Shown here: positions 25,301 to 36,710 of the stretch, one piece after another
Numbering within the stretch: the stretch's first letter is position 1
How the letters are laid out: the number at the start of each line of letters is the position of its first letter
Origin: Sminthopsis crassicaudata
Lineage: Eukaryota
Assembly: GCF_048593235.1 (NCBI RefSeq)
Contig: NC_133623.1
Location: 4,154,001 to 4,206,532 of the forward strand
Length of the DNA: 52,532 bases
Reading direction: 5' to 3'
Translations under genes and position numbers: made by a program
Notes under the pieces: generated by a model
Seen by the model: only the letters and a program-made list of their open reading frames with translations
The model's database searches: none
Told to the model about the DNA's origin: nothing

Positions 25301-26796
25301 TCTTTCCCTGCCTCTGAGCCAGACACAAGAACAGCCTGCCTTTTCAGCCTTGAATTAGAAGCCCTGCCCGGGCCTTGTTTGGGGCACAGGCCGACAGCAG
25401 TGACAAGCTGCTCAAATAAGGGAACCTGACCCCCTTGCCATGTGGTGAGTGGAATAAAAGGAGATGATGTCATGGCCCTGACGGCTGAAGGCGGGGGGGA
25501 TCGACCTCCAAGGCCACCTGGTCCCAGCAGCCCTCTCCGAGTTTACAGTGTCTCCAACTCCGATGAGTAAAGGAAATCCCACCTTTGTGCAAACTCGAAC
25601 CAGCACCCGCAAAGCCAGCCAGCCTCTCAGAGGCCCGGGTGCTCCGACAACCATGGGCAGCATAACAGGTCAGCAATCAGCTGAGGAATCCCTGTGCACG
25701 TGTACCAAGCCCTAAGCTAGCTGGGGGGAATCCGAGGAGGCCAGGCTCCCAGGCCCACCTCTGCCACCTATGTTTCTGTGCCTGCCGGCCACTCTAGAAG
25801 ATCCCGAACAGTTGCTAGTCTAAATCTGGACATGTCGTTTCTTCTTCTGGAGTTCCCTACCCCAGTGCAATCACAGAGGGCCTCATCTGTTCCCGAGGCC
25901 CAAAGAGGTCATCCAACTCAGGGGATATTCCTCCAAGATCTCTATTTAAAGACCCCGTGGGCCAGCATTCTGCCTAGCCTTCCCTTCTTCCTCTAATGCA
26001 CAAAGGGCCAAGTTCCAATCACTCCCCACCTCAGGGTATCTATCACAGGAGCAATCCCAGCTCTGGAGCTAAAGGGACAGGAAACGACTAGCCTGAGGTG
26101 ACACGGCTACTGAGTCCAGAGCTGCGATTGGCATGCTAGGCTTCTGGCTCCTCCACTTGCCAGTGAGACCCACTCCTCAGTTATCCCATCGGAATAAACC
26201 TAGGAGACCACGCAAGTGGAAGCAGTAATTGGGGAAAGGGGTGCCACGTTAGCCATCGGTAGGTGGTGGGCCACCTTAGTAACACTAGCTTGAGATCAAG
26301 GCCCCCCACTATCCTGCTTGTCTTTTTCCACATTCAGGGGTTACTTCCTCACTTTACCCCATCACTAATGTCTGTTTGCTCCCCCTCATAGCTCCATACC
26401 ACTGGCACAGGTGACCTGCCCTCTACTTGGAGAATCTGTGAGAAGGCTCACAAATTACAATTTGACTTCATCCCCTGGCTTAAGCCACAGTGACCCCTCC
26501 TCCTCGAGGTAGCGGGAAAGAAAGGCAATGGCTGATATTTTGTTGCCTCTGAGCTCTTCGAAGCACTTTGAAAACTAATTAATCCTGGAGGGTAGATGTC
26601 TTTATTATCTCCATTTCACCGAGAAGTCACACAGCTGGGTTGGTCCCTTCTCCCTGCCAGCTTTCCTTCCTCCCGCTCTGCCTGTCAGATTTCTCCCCAG
26701 AGTGCAAGATTGTATCAAAGCAAAAAAAAAAAGGCACCTAATAATATCATTTGGCTTTCTGAATCTCAGCTCAAGGTGTTAACACACCAAGCTCAT

Positions 26797-27066
26797 GGCC
26801 AGGGATGGAGTGCACCTAATATACCCAAGTACACAAGAGCTGGCCAGGGATGGAGTGCACCTAATATACCCAAGTACCCAAGAGCTGGCCAGGGATGGAG
26901 TACACCTAATATACCCAAGTACCCAAGAGCTGGCCAGGGATGGAATACACCTAATATACCCAAGTACACAAGAGCTGGCCAGGGATAGAGTACACCTAAT
27001 ATACCCAAGTACACAAGAGCTGGCCAGGGATGGAGTACACCTAATATACCCAAGTACACAAGAGCT
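26797..27066. repeat. Minisatellite, 6 x 45 bp (ggccagggatggagt(g/a)cacctaatatacccaagtac(a/c)caagagct)
   Basis: Copies start at 26797, 26842, 26887, 26932, 26977 and 27022, with 0-2 substitutions per copy and no spacers. Confidence 0.97.
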
Positions 27067-30000
27067 AGCGCATCCCTTGCACAGCCATAGTCACAAACAT
27101 GTTGTCTCCCCAATCAGATCATGAAGTCCTTGAAGGCAAGGACCATGTTTTTGCCTTGCTTAGTAACCCCAAGCACTTCACCTGGGGCCCGTCGCGTAGC
27201 AGCCCCTTAACAATGTCTGTCGGCTTTCTGGAGGGTTGCAAATCAAAGCAAAAGGGTTTTCAACTAAAAAAGAAAGGAAAGAGAGAACTCAGTTTCTGTA
27301 CCTCCACCATCCTAGACAGACAGTCACTACACTGTAGGAAGGAAAACAGCAGGAGAAATACACCCAGAGAGTCACAAAAAGGAGACAGCAACAAGCCCCA
27401 GAGCCTTTGAGGTCTACACAGAAGTTCACAAAGAGTGGGTCGGAGGCAAAGAGATATTGAGATCCTCACACGTGAAAAGCGATTTGACCTCGGATATCAC
27501 TCCCAGCTGGTTAGAATGGGCCCGGGGACTTGGGGTGACTCAAGAATGGCTCCCGAATTAGTGTGAATAATGACAACGGGGAAAGAAGAGGCAAGGGGAG
27601 AGTCCTGCTCTGTGGAGGAAGCCAAGGACCACAGGAACTGAAAGGAAAGGTTGGGGCAGCTGAGAGAGAAGTGCCCCCACATCCAGGCCACGAGGCCCAA
27701 GAAGAAATCCACAAAGAGCCGAGGAAACGGAGAAGGAGCTTGGGAAGGAGACGTGATGTGAAATCCTAGCTCAGAGCCCATCTGCTCCAAGGCCACCCTT
27801 CTGGATGGGGGAAGGTGAGGCCCACGGAGAGAAGCGGGCAGTCCATGACAGAGGGGAGGCTTTGACTCCAAGTGAAACCCATTGGGCTCTTCCAACTAAT
27901 CTGGCTCTCTTCTCCCTTCCTCCCTCATTTTCCCAGCTTCTCTTTTTTTTTTTTCTAGAAACTGTTTTAACTTGTCAATGATAATTAATCCTTGAAAAGG
28001 TGTAGAAACCAACAGAGGGCAATTCTCTTGTAGACTCTGAGGTGGGAATGATGGAGCAGCTTGGGAGAAGGACCCCTTATGTCTTTGAACTTGCACTGAA
28101 GAAGAGGTCAGGGTGGATATAGACAGACACAGGACGAGTTCAAAGGGCAGATGTCAAAGAGTTCGGAGGATGAGGAGGCCAGATCTCTCAGCCTCCAGTT
28201 CAACAGGGGAAGTCAGCCCAGGAGTAGTAGAAAGCTCAGCAGAATGAAAGCAAATCCAAGGAAGAGGAAAAGAACTTTAAAGAGCCCCGAAGAACATGGA
28301 AGGGGGGCAGGCAACAGCAAAGCTTGGAGGGCAAAACCGTGGCCCAGTTCCGGAAGGCTCACGTCAGGTGGGCCAAGACCCTTGAATCGGTTGAGGCCGG
28401 TAAGGAAAAGTCAAGTTATAAAAGGAGAAAAAAAATGAGGAAAGGAAGGAGAGGCTTTTTGTGGGGAGGGGGGCATGTGAGGGTGGGGCACGTGGAGGAG
28501 GGAGCCCTGGCACCCCAGACCAGGCTCGATGACGATGCCCTTCTTCTGCTTCTGCTTTCTCTGCCAAGGAGAATGTTCTTTGTACTGGAAAGGACAGAAC
28601 AAGCAGGGCTAACAGGCAGTTGGCATCCCAGATAAGGAAGGAGATAGTAGGAGAGCACTAGGGAAAAGAGGGGCAATGAATCACTCCGAAAATAAACAGA
28701 AGGGAGCGGAAAGGGGAACGAGAAGGCAGGGCACCGTGGGGACCCAGTTTGGTCCGGACTCATCATAACATCACCAAGCCCAGGAGTGGAGAGGGGTTTC
28801 AGGAGCTGGGCACAGAGGGTCTGAATGCAAGTGGGTGGCGCATTTGGGAAGGCCCAGGCCAGGGGTGCTAGAGCTCAGGAGCACAGGGTCCCGGGCCCGT
28901 CCAGAACTCGGATCCATTTGTCACACTTCACTTCCCATGGGCATGTGTGGGCTCTTTCGGAAAGCAATGTTCTGTGTCATGAGCCTCGAGATCATCAGCA
29001 GACTCAAAGAACCAGCAAGAATCTTAAGGGAGCCTCTCCCTTCCATTTGTTCCCAAGTTCTGAACGTGCACAAGAGCTCCCCCAGGCCAGTAAGCATTTC
29101 GTTCCCTTTGGTCCTGAGCTTCATTCCTTCCCCTCGGCACCATATGTCTGCATTTGGCTGCCATTGCCATGGGCAGCGACGGCCATCAAAATAATAACAG
29201 TGATAAATAGTGGTGACTTCCAAGCCTCTTTACAGACTAAGCTCATTAGCTTTTTGGTTTTAATTAGTCTAAATCAGCATTAGAGCTCAAGTACACCTGA
29301 GGAAAGCTCAGGTTCTTCAATGGACAAGGTGGGGAAAGGAGGAACCAGGAGCCCAGCTGAGAGAAGGGTCCTTAGGAGGTTAATCCCCCTTGGAAGCAGG
29401 GCCTTAGGAGAGCACCCCAGGCCTCTGGGCTCAACCCGGTTCGGTTCGGTTCTACAGCGCTCCGTTAAGGCCCGGACAGCCTGCTGAGGAAATTTTGGCA
29501 GCGCACAAATGCCCCGAGGGAGAGTTCAAAAGAAGCTGCTTCAAGAGATTGGGGGGGGGGGGCAGATCTGATAAGATGGAGACACTCTCCCAGAGACCCA
29601 CAGAGAGAATATTGGCACAAGCAAGTGAGAGAGCCCGCAGTTGGGCCTTAGAGGGGCAAGAGAGGGCAGGGATGGGCCTTATTTGGGCCACACCTGGAGG
29701 ATCAGTTTCTGGGAGCCACGGAGCCATTACCAAAGTGGGCCTGAGCTTCTGCCCGAAGACGATTAAAGGAAGTGGGGGGGGGATCTGTCAACAGATTGCT
29801 CTGGCCAGAGTTTTCCAGTGTCTGCAAGGCTGTTTGTGGAAGGGGGGAAATCAGCCTTGCTCTAATTGGGCCCCCCAGAAGCAGGCCAAGGAGTGATAGG
29901 GCCAAGAGAAATGAAGCAGAACAGGCTGGGGGGGGCAGTGTGTGGAGCCAACCTTCCCAACAACGGAGCTGCCCCCAAGTTCGAGGGGCCTGTTCAATCA

Positions 30001-33000
30001 AAGGGTGGACAGTGTCACTGTGCTAACAGCTGCTCGGAACAGGGGCCCGGATGGGCCTTAGGGCTGCTGAGCTTCCGTGACTCCCTGTGGCCTTTGCCCA
30101 GGATCTGCTGCCCCCAAATCTCCCACAGTCTGATGCAGTCTGGGGGGAGAGGGGCGTCTGTTAAGATGGGGAGGGCAGGCCCCTGATTATTGATGAGGGG
30201 TCCTTGCAGGGTTCAAGGCCCACTTTAGGGCTGCTCACACCCAGAATGCATCTGGCCCTCCACGAAGCCTTCCTTTCCAAGATATTTCCAAAATAAGTGG
30301 CTACGATAGCTGCCCCCCCAAGCCCCTGGGGCTTTTGGCCATGGCCTTGGATGGCCACCATTGAGTACAAGCAGGTGAGAGAAGTAAGCAGAGGAGGAGC
30401 GGGAGGGTTGCCCTGGGCAGGAATTCTCCATCCCAGCCAGGAGGGATGGGAGGGAAGGCAAGGGTGTCCCAAGCTCCCAAGCCCCGTTTAAACTGTGGAA
30501 GCCTGCGGCAAGGAAGCTGCGGAGTCCGCGAGGCTCGGGGCCCCCAGCGGCGAAATGGAATCCTGACGGGGCCGCAAAGCCCTGGATTCGAGTCCGGAAG
30601 CCCTGGACTCCATGGGGCTCTGCTGGCAAAAGGGCCGTAGAGCCCGGGGCCGCTCTGGCGGCTCTCGAGGCGACTCCCTCGGCCTTCGCCTTCTGGGTCG
30701 GTGGAAAGCCCTCTCTTGAAGGGATTCCCCGACTCGGCGGAGCTCCCCGGCCCGGAATCCATCCCACGCCACCCCACCGGGAAGCGGTCGGAGTCGGAAG
30801 GTCCTTACCTCGCGCGGCGGTCCCACAAAGGTGGCTCTTAGAAAGCCACAAGGCTCTCCTCGCGGCGATCTAGTTTCTGGTGCTGGGGAGCTCACTACCT
30901 GAAGAGGCGGTCTCCACTGGAGGGCAGCTGGGACCCTTTAGGAACGTCTTTCTCTGGCTGAGCCCGAGTCCCCACCCTCCTCCTCCTCCTTCCCTCCCCA
31001 CCCCTCTCCTTGCCTCGCCCCCGCCTCCGCCCCCTCCCCGGGCCCCGACCCCTGGTGTCAGAGGCCGGCTTCTGCTCCGGTGAGCCTCGGTTGGCCAGAG
31101 CCCCGCGAGCCCCGCTGAAGGTGGGCCTCCCTCCCGCTGAAGGAGAGGGGCAGCAGTCGCTCAGGTCACCCCAGGTTTCCCCATTGCTCACGAGCCCCCT
31201 TATGACGGAAACGCCGACCACCCAACCACCCCTTCTTCCTCCTCTCTTCCCAGCTTTCTCTGCCCTCCCCCCAAGCACAAAGGCGAGCCGAGGGGCCGAC
31301 GGCGGGGAGGCGCCCGGGCCAAGGGCTCGAACTCCCAGAGCTCTCCTGAACTGGCTGCCAGGGTGGGGGTGGGAGCGGGGGCCGGGAGAAACCGTGGGCT
31401 CTCTCCGGGAGCGAAAAGGAAGCGCCGGGGCCAGATTCCCTCAAAGTCAAGAGATCAAATTATAAAGACAATGAAGTGACCGAGAGCGCTCCGGAGGAGG
31501 CGAATTCCCACCGGGGCTTTGGGTTGGGTCCCCTTGAGCGCGCGCCGGGGAAGCGCCCGCTGCGTGCAGAGGCTCGCGCTCCGCGGGTACCGCGCGCGAG
31601 CCGGCCGGGGCCCGCCGGGCTCTAGGATGTCGAGAGCAGGTGGAAAGGCCCTGGGACTGACGGGGCGGGGGGAGGGGGGCAGGAGAGGCCGCCGGGGGTT
31701 CGCTGAGCCCCACCGAGCGCTACCACCGGTGGGACACGAATCGGACCCCGAGTCCGACCTTCGACCTCTGGGTCTGCGGTTCCGGGAAACTGAGTCTGGG
31801 AATAACGAACGCAACGTCGCGCACGTGAAGTCTAAGCAAATGAATCCTGGCCGAGCTCGGGAATCAGCTCCTGCAAGGGGGGGCGCTCGGCTTCCAGCAG
31901 GAGCTTGGGGTGCGAACAAATAGAGTAGAGGACCCTGAAAGGCCTCGGAGGGAGGAGCTGGAGGCCCTCGGCGCGAGGCACACGCCCTCCCCGGACCTCG
32001 GAGAACCGCGGAGGCTTTGGAAGCCGTGCTTGCCTGGGCTGCAGCGCAGGCCCCGGGCTGCCCCTTACCTCGGAAGGGTGGCTTCGGGGTGAGGCGGGCC
32101 TCGGGCCGGCTGCCGTTCCTTCTCTCCCCCTCCCCCTCCCCCACCGCAGCCCTCCTCTAGGCCTGAGAGCCCCAGGAATAGCCCCAGCGCCTGCTGCGGC
32201 CCGGGCGTCTGCTTCCCAGGCAGAAAATAGTGCCGTTGGGAAGCCGGGAAAACCTGGGAGGGAAGTCCTCTCGCCTGCACCGCAGTTTTACGGAAGGGGA
32301 AACTGAGACCAGCAGAGGCAGAGAGGCACAGGCAGGGTCACGCAGCTGCGAAGTTCCTTGGGGGAAGCTCCGTTCCAGTCCTGCGTGACCCGGAGCGTGC
32401 TCTCCCCTCTACGGGACGCGATTCCTCTCTCAGTCAAAACCCGGGACGTCAGGGCTGAACTTCGGCGATTTCTGCCTCGAGGAGCGGGGAGGGGGGGAGG
32501 GGGCGAGGGGGGGGCGGCGGGCGGCGGCCTTACAGTGAACCGCAAGCGCTCGGAGCGGGCCTGCTCCCCCCCCCAGCCCCGGGCAGCAGCCAGTTTGCGC
32601 TAGGCAACGTCTGCCTTCGCCCGACTGCGGAGCTCCCCTGGGGGCCCCGTCCAAGCTCAGGGCCCCCGGACCCCCCGCTGCCGGATCCCGAGGACACGGG
32701 CTGAGGCGGGATGTCCGGGCTCCCACCCACCGGCGGCCTCTGCCCAGCTGAGTGACCTTAGCGAGGTCTCCTGCCCAGTCGAGGCTGTCGCGTTCCCCCT
32801 CGGAAAAAAAAGGAGGCGGGGGCCGAGAGGCCGGGAAGAGGTTTCCTAGGTAGAAGCGGCGGAGCGCCTGGCTTCGCTCGGAGGGATCTAGTCCGGGCTC
32901 GCGGAGCCCCGGCTCTGACCGTCCCGTGCCCCGAACCCCGGGCCCGCGCCGCGGCGGCCACTCCCCCCCCAGGCCTCCGAGCCCCGCGGCCGAGGCATCG

Positions 33001-33919
33001 CTCGGTCGGCCTCCCCGGCTCTCGAGCTGTCTGTCTCGGGCTTTCCGTCTGTCCTGTTGCTTTTCAAGTTTGCAAACACGTGCGGCTCGGCTCGGGCCGG
33101 CGGCCGGAGGACCGGGGGGAGGGGGAGGGGGGAGCCGCGGGCCGTGCACACCGTTTGCACTTGCTCGGCGTTCCTCCCGCGGAGCGCAGAGACGCCGAGG
33201 GAGCGCTCGGGAAGCCGGAGGCGCGGGAGCCAAGCGGGTGCGGCTCACCGGCCGGCCGCCGGACTTGCCGGCTGGCAGGGGGCGAGGGGGGTCCGGCGGC
33301 CGGTCCTTCGCCTCCCCTCCCCTCTCCCTCCCCTGCTCTCCCCGCCCCGCCGGCCCCGGCTTACCTCCCCGCAGGCTCCCCGTCCTCAAAGGGAGCGGCT
33401 TCGCAGCCTCTCGGACCGTCAAGCGGGCCGCGCTGCCGGGCGCTCGGCGGGGTCGCTCCCTGGCGAGCCGGGCAGCGGGCGACAGCTCTCACCTGGATTT
33501 GGAAAGGGGACTCGGGTGAGGGGGGGCGGGGCCGGCCTAGGCGGCCCCCGGGCGGCTGCCCCCGCCTCGCCTCCTGCCCGGGACGGCTGGAGCCAGCCCC
33601 CGGGGTCCCGTCTCCAGGGGATCCCGGGCGGCGCCGCACGTGGCCCCGGCTCGCGTCGGGCAGCGGCTCCCCTGCCGAGTGCCAAGTCCCCGGAGGGCAC
33701 TGCCAGCCCGGGGCCAGCGCGAGCGGCTCACTTACGGGAGATCGGGCAGCTCGCGCACGGGCTGCTCCTGGCCTTCCGTGCGCCTCTCTGCGCCTCTCTG
33801 CCTCGCCTCCCACTCCCGCTCCTGCCCGGCTAGCGCTCCTCCTGGCCCCTCCGCCTTGCCCCGCCTCCCCCGCCCGCCCTCCTCCCCGACATCCTTTCCT
33901 CCAGCGCTAACCGGTGGCT

Positions 33920-34066
33920 NNNNNNNNNNNNNNNNNNNNNNNNNNNNNNNNNNNNNNNNNNNNNNNNNNNNNNNNNNNNNNNNNNNNNNNNNNNNNNNNN
34001 NNNNNNNNNNNNNNNNNNNNNNNNNNNNNNNNNNNNNNNNNNNNNNNNNNNNNNNNNNNNNNNNNN
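33920..34066. other. Assembly gap (147 N)
   Basis: Run of n. Confidence 1.
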
Positions 34067-34187
34067 CCCCTCCCTTCCCTCTTTCTTTCCTTGCTTCCTT
34101 CTTTCCTTGCTTCCTCTGCCCCTTCCTTCTCTCTCTTCCTTCCTCCTCCCCCCCAGCCGCAATAATGCTCCCCCTTCCCCTCCTTAC

Positions 34188-34311
34188 CCCCTGCTCAGGA
34201 GGCTGTGGCTGTAGCTGCCCAGTCCTGAGCGATGCCCCGTGGAGCGCAGCCTTTTATACCTAGGAGCGACTGGCCCGAGCTTGGGGACGGGGCTCTTTCA
34301 TCCCGGATTGG
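34188..34311 (-). promoter_or_regulatory. CCAAT + TATA promoter and short non-coding first exon on the - strand
   Basis: CCAAT 34311-34307 and TATAAAA 34258-34252. A donor ggg|gtaagg ends the exon at 34188, giving an exon of about 35-40 nt. Confidence 0.6.
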
Positions 34312-34528
34312 GTGAGAGCGGCCCACGGGAGCCCGGGAGGGGCCGGAGCGCCGCCTGCCTGCTCCCACGAGGGCCCCGTTGGCCAGCTGGCCGGCCGCCC
34401 TCCCGCTAATCTCGGAGCCGGGGAGAGCCCAGCCTGGCCCCGGGACCACCCCGGCCCTCATACTGCCCTGAGCTAGCGAGCTGGCGTGGCCAGAGGAATA
34501 GCAGGGTCTCAGCTGAGAGGGACAGACC

Positions 34529-34547
34529 TGCGTGATGAGGACACGTT

Positions 34548-34596
<49 letters not shown>

Positions 34597-34673
34597 TGTG
34601 TGTGTGTGTGCAGGCGTGTTACCCTGGGCACTGAGTGTGTCGTGTGTGTGTGCATGCGTGATGGGGACACGTT

Positions 34674-34728
<55 letters not shown>

Positions 34729-34805
34729 TGTGTGTGTGCAGGCGTGTTACCCTGGGCACTAAGTGTGTCTCGTGTGTGTGTGTTACCCTGGGCACTGAGT
34801 GTGTG
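34529..34805. repeat. Compound (TG)n array: two about 126-bp units plus a partial third
   Basis: tgcgtgatg(a/g)ggacacgttcag(tg)n...gcaggcgtgttaccctgggcact(g/a)agtgtgt starts at 34529 and 34655; partial copy at 34781-34805. Confidence 0.92.
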
Positions 34806-36662
34806 ACACCCCTTGCATACTGTGTGTTGGAGGCGGGCCGGGCCATAGGCCGTGGCTGACAAGTTCTCCACTCTTTGCCCCTGTGGAGACCCCAAATTAG
34901 GGAAGTGGGCTGCTTGATCTCCCTCTGAAAGCCAACCTCTAACCAGCTGGGATCTGAACTCAGGTCTTCCTCGCCTCCTAACTCTAGCCAACAGGTCACG
35001 TGGCCTTTTGATTCAAAGGGCATCGCTCAGACCTGGGCCAAGGCCAGAATGTCAGCAGGGAAACCCAGCAAAAAAGCGAGCTCTGCCCTCGAGGGCTGTG
35101 CGGCCTTTGGGCTCCCATTAAACAAGTTACACGTCGGGTTAGAGATCCCGCCCCGCAAGGACTGGAGCCTCCGGCCCCTTCCAGCTTCTCCCCGTGGTGC
35201 TCTAGCTCTCCCAGGGCCAGATCACCTTTGTTAAACAACCCAGAAGGGCGCGAACCCCGAGAAGCTAAATTTAAACCTGAGCAGAAGGCCACGAACCTTC
35301 ATTTCAAACACAGTGCAAGTCGTGGAACGAGACTCTAAGAGCAGTTTTTGGTTCACCCCAACAGCTCCCCTGAAAGGGCTCCAGGGTCACCCCCTCCGGG
35401 AAGGCTTCGCTGACTGCGACTTCCGCTGTGGCTAGCCAGTCCGAGGGGATGCAGGGAGAGCATTCCTAGCCTCCGTGGCCCGAGGTTGCGTGGGAAACGA
35501 GGGAGGGAGCCGAGGCGCAAAGCAGCCCAGGCCCTGGCCCAGAGAGAGCTGGGAGCTGGGGAGGCGGCAGGTGGTTTGTGGCCAGAGCGCTGGACTTGGA
35601 GGCAGCCCTGCCACCCTGCCTTACCTGCCGTGTGACTGTGGGCCCCTCCCCGCACGCTGAGCCCGGAAGGGACCCGTGGACTGGTGCTCCAGGCTGAGCA
35701 AACTGTGATTCAGGACCAAAGAAATCCCCAACTGGACAGTGAGGATGCTCCCTATGGACAGAGACAGAGAGACAGAGACAGCCAGAGAGACAGCCAGAGA
35801 GACAGAAAGAGACAGAGAAACAGATGCTAAGTGCTTGCAAAGCTTCTAGGAAGGTTTATTGTCCTGAGGACCAGAGCTGGACCTGGGATTTCACTGCAAC
35901 CCGGAGCAGGGATCCCCTTTTCCTGACTCAATTTGCCGGGTGCTCTGCATGTTTCAGGGCTGCCGACAGCCGGGAGGGCGCCGGCCTTGCCCAGAATCAC
36001 CCAGCCAATGCGGGGCAGGGGCCGAGTGGGGGCCTGGGTCTCCCTGCTCCAAAGTCCGCTCTTTTCCCATCCACCACGCCGCTCCTCTCGGCTCTTACTG
36101 TTTGTCCCCAGAGGGAGAAAATAACGATAGGAACCTGAGCTGCCCACATGTCTGGGGGGGCCGCGAGGGAAGAGAAATGCGCCTGCTTCGGCTGGGCCCC
36201 AGCCTGGGGGCTCAGGGCAGCACCAGGGGGAGTCCCAGAGCTTCCTGCTCGCCCCGGCACTCGTCCGTGACCCGCAGAATCGGCCTTTGAAAGGGCCAGA
36301 CTCAATGGAGGAGTTCAAAGGAGCCAATTCTATTGCAATTAGACGCCCTCGTTTTTCTCCAGCCCAATTCCCAGCCCCTGGGTGATCTGGCAGGAGACGC
36401 CAGGCTCACAATCCTTCTGGGAGAGCCATCCCAAGTAGAACGGGCTGCTTGGGGAGGGGGGGGAGCTGCTTGTCACCGGAGTGCTGGGAGCAGAGATTAA
36501 ATGGCCCCTGCTCTGGACCTCTGGGTGTCCGTCGGGGGAAAAGCTTTGGGAATATTTCTACAAAGCCCAGACTGATGGAGAGACACAGACGCAGACGCGG
36601 AGAGATTCCCTTTCTGCCTTACAGCTGGAGCCTCCGGGAAGCTGCTGCGTGAGAGGCTCTCG

Positions 36663-36710
36663 CTGGGAGCCTCGGCTCTGCCTGGGAGCCTCGGCTCTAC
36701 CTGGGAGCCT
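36663..36710. repeat. 19-bp tandem repeat, about 2.5 copies (ctgggagcctcggctct..)
   Basis: Copies at 36663, 36682 and 36701. Confidence 0.85.

Larger units (their letters stand above)
30450..34480. promoter_or_regulatory. Large CpG island, probable distal promoter region of CITED1
   Basis: About 4 kb of very high GC/CpG. CACGTG at 31822, 33077 and 33637; several consensus - strand donors. No recognisable protein in any frame. Confidence 0.8.

Noticed and set aside
26797-27066. 45-bp direct repeats as a CRISPR array
   Set aside because: The units abut with no unique spacers, there are no cas genes, and the context is a mammalian genome.
30225-34263. Long Pro/Arg/Gly/Ala-rich ORFs (up to 330 aa) on both strands of the CpG island
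   Set aside because: Expected from stop-codon scarcity at very high GC; they overlap in several frames and show no domain motifs.
34532-34634. Box C (GTGATGA) and box D (CTGA) flanking the first TG unit, as a snoRNA
   Set aside because: The interior is pure (TG)n, there is no convincing terminal stem, and the second unit has lost both boxes (GTGATGG, CTAA).
26797-34805. Tandem repeats on a marsupial X as part of the Rsx lncRNA
   Set aside because: Rsx has multi-kilobase repeat domains and, as I recall, maps near HPRT1/PHF6. The arrays here are under 300 bp and neither gene is present.
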